NCBI GenBank assembly: GCA_950097015.1
Contig: CATNEN010000038.1
Location: 32,488,001-32,552,000 of the forward strand
Direction of reading: 5' to 3'
DNA from: Macrostomum hystrix
Taxonomy: Eukaryota > Animalia > Platyhelminthes
Length of the DNA stretch: 64,000 nt
The notes below the pieces were generated by a model. It saw nothing but the letters and a program-made list of their open reading frames with translations. It was not told the origin of the DNA and did no database searches. Of the stretch, positions 50,711 through 61,700 are shown piece after piece. The position numbers and the translations under genes are program-made. How positions within the stretch are numbered: the first letter of the stretch is position 1; each line of letters begins with the position of its first letter.

Positions 50711-51157
50711 TAAGCCTACTGTAATTTAGGTTCAGTTCTCAAGAGCATATACTACTATAACCTGATGGTCAGCGACTCGCAAACCAGTGACCTTCGCTCA
50801 GCTGAGCATGGCATTTTGTGTGCTCATCCTTGTTTTTCTAGAATTGAACAATAGCTGATCATATAGAATTGCGAATGAACTTGCATACTTGCATGCCAGC
50901 TATTTACTTACAATATTTATATTAATCTCTATTCACTTAAAGTCAATTGACATGCGTTTACATTTTAATTTCTCGTAATCAATATGTATAGTACACAGTA
51001 ATGTTTTTGCACTTTTTATATTAGTTGCGTCAAAAACTGACTAAATACATGTGCTAAAATGTGCTAAAAGAGAGTTATTTTTGTGCCAGTCAATTCCTGC
51101 GTACTTTTTACCTGCCTAAAAATGCATTTAACTTGGCTTTTCATTCGTCTAATTTGA

Positions 51158-51231
51158 TAGTCACGTGATTAGCTGAGTCACCTATAGTCACGTGATCGGC
51201 TGAGTCACCTATAGTCACGTGATCGGCTGAG
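51158..51231. repeat. Three ~27-bp copies containing CACGTG and TGAGTCA
   Basis: TAGTCACGTGATCGGCTGAGTCACCTA x3; the last copy is partial. Confidence 0.85.
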
Positions 51232-52773
51232 CAAGTGAACTTTTTTTAAACAGTTTTTTAATCTCTGCGAAAGAAATAGAGAGTTATTCAAACTTTGAAG
51301 TCGCAACAACACCTACTTTGTTATGTCCCAGCACTAAGCAAAACAATCACAAGCTATCGAGCCATCGGGTGTTGAGTGCACATCTATTGGTGCCTTTTTA
51401 TTTAATCTCGGCTTCACACAGAGTTCACAATAAAATGTAGAAAAAATTGATTGGTTTTAACTATTAGGCAAAAGCGTTTAGCTCGCATAAATGGTGTGTT
51501 GTTAGCCAGCTTTGCAATATATCGCATTCATTGTTACCATAGTGACAGAGAAAAAGCTGCAACTATGTTTTAGATGTACTACATGTTGGGTGTATAGTGT
51601 TTGTAGGGCCAGGTAAGTGTATAAAGCGTATTATAACATTGTGAGAAACATTAAGAGCAGCTTAGCGGCTTAGATCAGCTTTTGGAAACTTTCACCCAAG
51701 CAAAAAAGCGGACAGACAGCTAAAAAATGTTTCATTTTTAGTTAGTATATGCGACCGAGCAAAATAATGAACTTTTTAATAACTGCCTATTTTTATAAAT
51801 AGAAAACACACAATTAGAAGCAACAACAGGCAACTAATGCATGCCATTGCACGCTGCTAGTAATTAATGAATAATAAACACAATTGATAGCATAACAACT
51901 ATTTTATAATACTAACAGTAATACAGGCGGGATTTGAATAAGCTTTGCAATCAGAGTTTTTTTGTTAAAAAAAGAGAATGAATAAGTCAGTACTGGCTTC
52001 CGGATAAACAGATTTCTATGATGAGCCATGCGTTATGGTCAGTTAAATTAAGAATTCTGTCCCACAATAATTTAAAACACAACAGTCAAATGAGGAAGTT
52101 AGCGTTGGTAAAGCTTCAGTGAGTAAATCTCTGATATAGCCATGTATATAATATTATATATGTATGTAGAAAATTAATAAATATTTCAAAAAGGCTTTGG
52201 TAACAGAGACGCAGGCGGCTAAGCAAGGAAAATGTAAATTGTTATTTTATATTTCAAAGCAAAAAATCACATGTAAGCTGTCTCTAATCCTAATATTAAT
52301 AAGCCCTATTCCTATAGGATAATAAAACAGAGAAAGTCGTCTAGATGTGCAACAAGCAGGCGGCTTAGCTTAGGACTCAAAAAAGGCAGGGCAAATCTAT
52401 CGCCAACAGTTTTCTGTCATCGCTACTGTAAGTAGGCTGATGATGAAAAACCGACTTATTACATTTATTATTACGGAAAACAAACAAGCCAACTTAGAAC
52501 TGACCAGCCGTCAACAAAAGGGAAAATAAAGCAGCTTGCCAAATGAATGTGCGTACAGGTGTTACTAAATAAATAATAGTTTATAACTTACTACTTATTT
52601 ATTGTCAGCTAGCTAGCAAAATTATGATGAGAGTTTCAATAAAGATGGATTAAAAACAGCAATCTGTCTTGTTCAAGCGCAAAAAACTGGTTTTGAACAG
52701 ACGATATTAGGTCGAGTCTCATTTAAAATCCGTCAAATTGTTCGTCAAAATCAGGCGCCAATTAGCCCGGGTC

Positions 52774-55700
52774 TTAGACATAGATGATGGCCTGCAGGAA
52801 CTGCAAATTGTGTCAGTAGGCATTTGGGGCCGGTTATAGATTAACTTGCTGGATTGGACTATAGATTGAAAGGTAAACTGTAGATGGAGAGGGGACAACG
52901 GTAGGTAGAGAAGTAGGTAGATATAGTAGGCAGAATAGTAGATATAGTAGAGAGAGAAGTAGATTTAGTAGACAGAGAAGTAGATTTAGTAGACAGAGAA
53001 GTAGATATAGTAGACAGAGAGGTAAATATAGTAGACATAGAAGTAGATAAAGTAGACAGAGAAGTAGATATAGTAGACAGAGAGGTAGATATAGTAGACA
53101 AAGAGGTAGATATAGTAGACAGAGAAGTAGATATAGTAGACAGAGAGGTAGATATAGTAGACAGAGAAGTAGATATAGTAGGCAGAGAAGTAGATATAGT
53201 AGACAGAAAAGTAGAGATAGTAGACAGAGAGGTAGATATAGTAGACAGAGAAGTAGATATAGTAGACAGAGAAGTAGATATAGTAGACAGAGAAGTAGAT
53301 ATAGTAGACAGAGAAGTAGATATAGTAGGCAGAAAAGTAGACATAATAGATAAGAATGAGACAGGTTAGGCTGAGAATGAGGCCTCACCTCCTCCTGCGA
53401 GAACATAGCGCGGCCCTGGCTGTCCTTCTGCTGAGCCTTGAAGGTCTCGAAGACGGTCTTCAGACGGACGCAGCAGAGCACAAAGTCGTCAAACTCGATG
53501 ATACCCTCCCGGGTGGCGTAGCGCATAACTAGACAGCTGAAGATCTTGTTGTTCACGCGGAAACCTTGAGTTCGATTAGTTTAAGAAAAAATTTTTGGGT
53601 CAGGAAAAAAAAGAAACGCAATGCGCATATTATACGCCTCCTGACAGCGAGTAGTATGCCGTGTTGGATGCAAAAAGGAACGGAAGTTACTTTTTTATAA
53701 AGCGTTTCTTACGCAAGTTACTGGTCCATTTTGGTAAGTCCGTTAACGTCACTTTACAGCATTTAATTTAAGAGCTGAGTATGCTTACCCTGTAAAAAAT
53801 TCGGCTGCTTCTTCGGCGGGTTTTTTGTGCAAAATAGGAGTGGAATCTACCAAAATCCCCCCTATCTCGCAAGAGTTAAAGAAACCACCCAGGAAGCAGC
53901 CGATGTAACCGTAAATTGTGCGGAAACCGCCGAAGAATCACCCGAACCAGTGGCCATTGGAACAACCAGAGAATTATTTAATGGCGATTCCTCGGTGGTT
54001 TCTGAGCATGGAATCTTCCGAACTGGAGGATTCTTTGGGTGATTCCATTTCGCCACTAAGAAGCACCGAGAAAACGCCCAGTTGGGTAGATTCTAAGCAT
54101 GGAATCATCCGATTGGTATGTTTCCAGCGTTCGGCTGTTTCTTTTTCTGGAAACACCGCAGATTCCAACTGGAATCACCCAAAGAAACATCCCTATTTTT
54201 AGCGGGTAGCTAGGAGTGTATGAAACTCAACTATTTTTAACAGTCTCTACTTATCTAATTTAAAATTAAGTAAATATCCTCAAATACAAACTATTCGAAA
54301 AATTACTTAGAAATGTTTGCTACCTAGTTACATTTTTAAATAAATTTTGGCTTCGCGTGAGACAACACATATAGTTCATAGTGACTATTCATAATCATAT
54401 TATATAAATATAAAGTAGCTGTTTAATTTTAAATAGACCAATTCTGCAACTGTGCCACTGTCATTCCATTCGTCATCAATTTTACAAAAGTAGAAAAATA
54501 CAGCTTCAAGTAATATTTTTAGTTAGTGAATTGATATATTTAGCATTTATCGATTTGCCCATCCAATGGGGGGTAAGTGGTTGCCTCGCCTCTCGCACCA
54601 AGGTCCCTGAGTTCGATTCCACGGTGAGGTCCATTTAAATTGGAAACTAGGACACTGCCTGACGATGAGAACGTCAGGACAGATGTACACACCTGTGTGA
54701 GCGTGTGCCTGTGTACAGTATCTGTGTGCGTGTGCCTGTATACAGTATCTGTGTGCGTTTGCCTGTGTACAGTATCTGTGTGCGTGTTCCTGTGTACAGT
54801 ATCTGTGTGCGTGTGCCTGTGTACAGTATCTGTGTGCGTGTGCCTGTGTACAGTATCTGTGTGCGTGTGTGCTCAGGAATCAGCGAAATTGGCAGAATTG
54901 CCTCCTCGCTGGCTGTGGGTCTAGTGTCACCACATTCTTTTGAAAAATTGAGTAACAGAAGTGCTCATGTAGGTTACTGTTGAAAAAAGTAAATATGTGA
55001 AGTTTCCAACAAGACAAGCACGCCAACTCACCGACAGCGTTCAGCGCCTGACGCAGCTCGTAGCTGTTGAAGTTGCCAGACTGGTCGGAGTCATACTTCT
55101 TGAACACCGTCTTCCACAGGCGCAGATCGTTCCACAGAGTCTTGAACTCGTCGAAGCCCAGTTTGCCAGACTGGTCAACGTCCATCAGGGCCACCATCGA
55201 GCGGCAGGTCTCAACGCTGAAGCCGTCAAATTTGAATTCTGCGAATGAAGGTATTAGCGACACCATTGTGCTCTTAGGCTGGACCGTATCGAGATGGAAT
55301 ATCGATGGCCTCAAAATTGTGAGTAATCTTTTTAAGTAACAATATATAAATTTAAGATCCGGATAGTTTACCGTTTTATTTATAATTCACGCACACACTG
55401 CTCACATTCATTGAGAACTGAGCACACACTGCTCACATTCATTGAGAACTGAGCACACACTGCTCACATTCACTGGGAACTGAGCACACACTGCTCACAT
55501 TCACTGAGAACTGAGCACACACTGCTCACATTCACTGAGAACTGAGCACACACTGATCACATTCACTGAGAACTGAGCACACACTGCTCACATTCATTGA
55601 GCACACACTGCTCACATTCACTGAGAACACACTGATCACATTCATTGAGAACTGAGCACACACTGCTCACATTCACTGAGAACTGAGCACACACTGCTCA

Positions 55701-58700
55701 CATTCATTGAGAACTGAGCACACACTGCTCACATTCACTGAGAAATGAGCACAGACTGCTCACATTCACTGAGAACTGAGCACACACTGCTCACATTCAT
55801 TGAGAACTGAGCACACACTGCTCACATTCACTGAGAACTGAGCACACACTGCTCACATTCACTGAGAACTGAGCACACACTGCTCACATTCACTAAGAAC
55901 TGAGCACACACTGCTCACATTCATTAAGAACTGAGCACACACTGCTCACATTCATTAAGAACTGAGCACACACTGCTCACATTCATTAAGAACTGAGCAC
56001 ACACTGCTCACATTCACTGAGAACTGAGCACACACTGATCACATTCATTGAGAACTGAGCACACACTGCTCACATTCATTGAGAACTGAGCACACACTGC
56101 TCACATTCACTGAGAACTGAGCACACACTGCTCACATTCATTGAGAACTGAGCACACACTGCTCACATTCATTGAGAACTGAGCACACACTGCTCACATT
56201 CACTGAGAACTGAGCACACACTGCTCACATTCATTAAGAACTGAGCACACACTGCTCACATTCACTAAGAACTGAGCACACACTGCTCACATTCATTAAG
56301 AACTGAGCACACACTGCTCACATTCATTAAGAACTGAGCACACACTGCTCACATTCATTAAGAACTGAGCACACACTGCTCACATTCATTAAGAACTGAG
56401 CACACACTGCTCACATTCATTAAGAACTGAGCACACACTGCTCACATTCATTAAGAACTGAGCACACACTGCTCACATTCATTAAGAACTGAGCACACAC
56501 TGCTCACATTCACTGAGAACTGAGCACACACTGCTCACATTCACTGAGAACTGAGCACACACTGCTCACATTCACTGAGAAATGGGCACAGACTGCTCAC
56601 ATTTACTGAGAAATGAGCACACACTGCTCACATTCACTGAGAAATGGGCACAGACTGCTCACATTTACTGAGAAATGAGCACAGACAGGTTACACTCACT
56701 GAGAAATGGGCACAGACTGCTCACATTTACTGAGAAATGAGCACAGACAGGTTACACTCACTGAGAAATGGGCACAGACTGCTCACATTTACTGAGAAAT
56801 GAGCACAGACAGGTTACACTCACTGAGAAATGAGCACAGACAGGTTACACTCACTGAGAAATGAGCACAGACAGGTTACACTCACTGAGAAATGAGCACA
56901 GACAGGTTACACTCACTGAGAAATGAGCACAGACAGGTTACACTCACTGAGAAATGAGCACAGACTGGTTCCATTCACTAAGAAATAAGCGCAAATTGCT
57001 CACGTTTACAGAGAAATAAGCACACACTGCTCACATTCACTGCATGAGAACTGAACATACTTTGCTCATATTCACTGAGAACTGAGCTCACACACTGCTC
57101 ACATTCACTGAGAATTCTCATTAAAGAGATAGCTTATAATGTACAACACTCAAACTAAAAGCTTTAAATATTTATTCATATAAGAAACACAAGTGTGTTA
57201 TGTTTTGTGTTAAAAAGGTACATAATAAAAAATAAACAAGTGTCTATCCACGTAGTCACAGTTGCATAACATAGCTAGCAAGAACTGCGCGAGAAGAAGA
57301 CAGAATTTTTTTTCTAGAGATAGACCCAATGAACACTGTGAACTGATTTGTTCAAACATTTGTGCATGCTAACAAATAACGATTGCCTGTATATATATAT
57401 ATACAGGCATGGCAAAAAACTACTTACTATACTTAATAAGTAGTAAACTAAATATGATTGACACCTACATTATACTGAGGCATGCAAGGTGAACGTTTGG
57501 TACTAGAAATTCAGATGCTAAAACATTGGCTGACTGACGGAGTATTGTACATTCTGACCCGCGAACCACCGGACATGTTCAAAGTACAAACAAGAGTTCA
57601 GCCACCGCCATGGTCAAATGGGATGAAAGTGGAATGTCATGAGAGTGGAATGTCATGTAAGAGGAATGTCATGAGAGTGGAATGTGATAAAAGTGGAATG
57701 TCATGTAAGTGGAATTTCGTGAAAGTGGAATTTCCTGTAAGTGGAATGTCACGTAAGTGTAATGTCATGAAAGTGGAATGTCATGTAAGTGAAATGTCAT
57801 GTAAGTGGAATGTCATGTAAGTAGAGTGTCATGTAAGTGGAATGTGATGAAAGTGGAATGTCATGTAAGTGGAATATCATGTAAGTGGAATGTCATGAGA
57901 GTGGAATGTGATGAAAGTGGAATGTAATGAAAGTGGGATATCATGTAAGTGGAATGTCATGCAAGTGGAATGTCATGTAAGTGGAATGTCATGTAAGTGG
58001 AATGTCATGTAAGTGGAATGTCATGAGAGTGGAATGTGATGAAAGTGGAATGTGATGAAAGTGGAATGTAATGAAAGTGGGATGGCTGTAAAAGAAGAAA
58101 TTTGACTGAGTTGTCAGAAAAATATGAAAAATATGAAAACGACAGAAAATAATGTCACGAAATCAAGCTTTTCAAAAATCTGCAATGAACAAATAAAGAA
58201 AGTGAAAGAATATAGACGGTCGAAAGCAGTCAAAATCGATGTCAAAATGGCTTTCACTGTCTTACGAGTATATTCTCATTCTACTTATTATCTAATACAC
58301 ACTCAAGTTGACTCAATTGCATTAGAAAAGGTAGGTGCTTTCAGGAGAACAACAAAGTAATTTCCATAAAGCAGGCACTAAATAAATTATATATATTGAA
58401 GGACTGAATAGACTCAATAAACTCGGTACTTACCGCCTCCTGCAATGAATATAATTGATATTAATTGAAAATTGCTTACTTACATAAATGCATATACAAA
58501 AGCAACACAAACCGAGGATTTTATGGAAAACAACAATTACTGGCTTTTAACTTATTTTGTAAAAAAATTATTTACAAAATAAAATTAAATTAGCAACAAG
58601 CAAGAAAAAAACAATGAGTAGCCACTGATGCCGAGAAGCAGAAACATAATCTCTAAATTTTCTTAATAGTTATGAACATTTCCAAATAAATACAATGGAA

Positions 58701-61700
58701 TCATTTAATTTGCTCACTTTCCTCATAGATTTACCCACTGAGCAATTGAGCATCGAGATAAGACAGGGGAGAGACTGCGGAGAGACAGGGGAGAGATGAG
58801 ACAGGGGAGAGATGAGACAGGGGAGAGATGAGACAGGGGAGAGATGAGACAGGGGAGAGATGAGACAGGGGAGAGATGAGACAGGGGAGAGATGAGACAG
58901 GGGACAGATGAGACAGGGGAGAGATGAGACAGGGGAGAGATGAGACAGGGGAGAGATGAGACGGGGGAGAGATGAGACAGGGGAGAGATGAGACAGGGGA
59001 GAGATGAGACAGTGGAGAGATGAGACAGGGGAGAGATGAGACAGGGGAGAGATGAGACAGGGGAGAGATGAGACAGGGGAGAGATGAGACAGGGGAGAGA
59101 TGAGACAGGGGAGAGATGAGACAGGGGAGAGATGAGACAGGGGAGAGATGAGACAGGGGAGAGATGAGACAGGGGAGAGATGAGACAGGGGAGAGATAAG
59201 ACAGGGGAGAGATGAGACAGGGGAGAGATGAGACAGGGGAGAGATGAGACAGGGGAGAGATGAGACAGGGGAGAGATGAGACAGGGGAGAGATCATATAT
59301 GCAGATATGCAGGAAGGAGACAGAGGATTACGAGCGGAGATTCAGGAGCTTTGTGGGCTCGGCTGTACTGTAACTGGCTGTCCACCCAGAGTTTTCAGAC
59401 CACAGATACATACATTTGCATTGGCATATGTTTGCATTCCGTAAGCCATAAAAAGCCGTCGAAAATTAAATTATTAACAAACGGGAAATGGCTGGTTAAT
59501 CAAGCTCTTGTTCCTATTTAAAACCAAAGCCGAAGCCAATAAGCAAAAAGCGCCAACATTAGATCCGCAAAATGTTTAGTCTGGCACCGCGTAGTCTGAA
59601 TTGAGTTGTCAAGGCATATTGCACTACACAGGCTAGCCACCGGCCCAGTCTCAATTGAGTCAACACCGGAAAGCTCAGCCAAGGCTGACCCAATTTGAAA
59701 TTGGCGCCAAGGCTTCCTAGCTGTGCCCGATGGCCCAAGCGTTTCTGTCAACCGGCGCCCTCATTAGAGGCAGCTCCCCTGCTAGAGGATACGTGAGCTC
59801 TTTCTCAGACCTTCCCAAGGGTGACGATCAGGATTGGGGCGACTGAAGCGCCCGTCGAGTGACCCCTTCATGCCAGCGAGGCGCCAGACCTTACCATACA
59901 AATTCCCTGGCTAATGTATTTATACCCGTGGTTTGGCATACATAAAACAAATGAATTTCTCATTTTCGTAGCATCGATTCATATTGACACAAATGATTTT
60001 ATCTAGCAACTTTCCTTAAGAAAACCCTTGCTTATTTACGACAAGTTATAATAAGTATCCGATTCCTTATTTACTTATTTGAATTCTTTGTAGGTACCGA
60101 ATTTTTAGGTACAAATTAAGGCACAAACTGTATGATAAGGGAAGTATCTCTTCTGCGTCTTACTACTTACCTAAGTAGAGAAAATGCGCCTATAAAATTT
60201 AGTAACAAAATTACCGTAAAATGTATCAATGATATTGCTATCTACTTATACAGTATTTCTACGGTTCGTAGGATTGAATACTGAAATTCTTAACAGCGCT
60301 GCAATAATAGAAAGAAATTTGCTTCTATCTTTTTGTTATTAGAACAGAAATTATATAACATACCCTTCTGGAAGGCCGTGTTGACAATGTCGCGCAGCTC
60401 GTAGGCGTCAACTTCCATGTCTTCGCCGGCGATCTTCTGGAAGGCCTCCTTCAGCGCTTTATCCTGCGCCTTCTCCTGGGCTGTCGGCTCGCGGTCCGGC
60501 TGACGAGGATTAGAAAAACAAAAGGTTTTTTTTTTAAAAATGCGCATTAAACTACTGACAAGCAGTAGTTTTGTGCAATTTAACTGTCAAAACAGCCTTC
60601 AACTAAAAATATGGCGAATGAAAAAACTATTTTACGTTTCAGACAAAGCAACACATGAACTGTTAATCAACTGGTTAACTCTGGTATTTTGAATCAACTC
60701 ATATTATTAAATAGAAGTAAAAATGCAGCTCACGTTCGTTAGGCCTAAAAATATATTGTTAAGAAGGCCAAATTATTTTTTAACTTTAACGATTAGCCTG
60801 TCGACTACAAAGCTAACCTAAATGAAGATTTTGTATCAAAACTGTGCACAACTACACGCACTAATGTATTGGAATGTATTGAGAGAGCACAAAACGAGTC
60901 ACATGAATTGCAATTGACGCAAAATTTCTAAATCAATCATTTGGATTTGATAATGCGGAGACAGACACACAGACACACACAAATTTAATTTTCCATCCAG
61001 CTTATTGAACATGCAAAGCAATAAAGAGAGCACACCCACAAAACCCAAGTACTCAGAATTTTAAAAAATGTTTTGAAATTAAAATCCATCGAATCCGCCA
61101 ACTGATGAAGAATTTTGCTGCTCACTGATTGTGTAATAATGACCTGCATATTGTAACTCATAAGTATATAGTTAAAATGCGCACAACACTGAACTGTTAC
61201 ATCCCAACGAGATTCTGCTTTGCCAGAAATCGTCTCCATTAGATAAGAAAGAGGCATGTAACCTCTTAATTGTCGTTAATTGTCTTTGCAACAATGTGAC
61301 ATACTGCCACAGTAATATAAAACCTAGGCATAAGTGTTTCTTGAAGTAGAGAAAATCGAATTTTAATTTAACCTCAGCCTGTTGTGCCGGTCGCTTCGAG
61401 TTGTCTCCTTCCTGAAAACAAAATTCGTAGCGCAGCGCAAGGTACATTTTCACATTCTGCACAAACTGTAGGGAAAAAAAGCATATACCATTCTGCAAAC
61501 ACAATAGTACATCGGATGCAATATTATGTGCATTGATTTTATTCGCTTTTAATTTTGAATGGTCTTAAACGACGTCGAGTTTGCCTGTTTTAGGGCAAAA
61601 GTTTGCCTGTGAGTGTTTTACCGCTCGCAGATAATATTTTAAGAGAAATGACGTCAAGGGTTCTGCCAGTCTGCAATTAGTCACTTAAACTTAGTCTAGG

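Noticed and set aside
54899-54915. GCCTCCTCGCTGGC, identical to the HDV ribozyme P3/L3 as I recall it
   Set aside because: No P1, P2 or J4/2 can be built; the segment instead pairs with upstream TCAGCGA as a simple hairpin.
59600-59890. GC-rich island in a calpain intron as a possible ribozyme or ncRNA
   Set aside because: No consistent fold, ORF or second copy in the window; probably an unclassified repeat fragment.
59887-61495. Further calpain microexon candidates (12 nt at ~59896, 11 nt at ~60730, 4 nt at ~61489)
   Set aside because: Weak pyrimidine tract or frame-breaking length; not supportable without reads.
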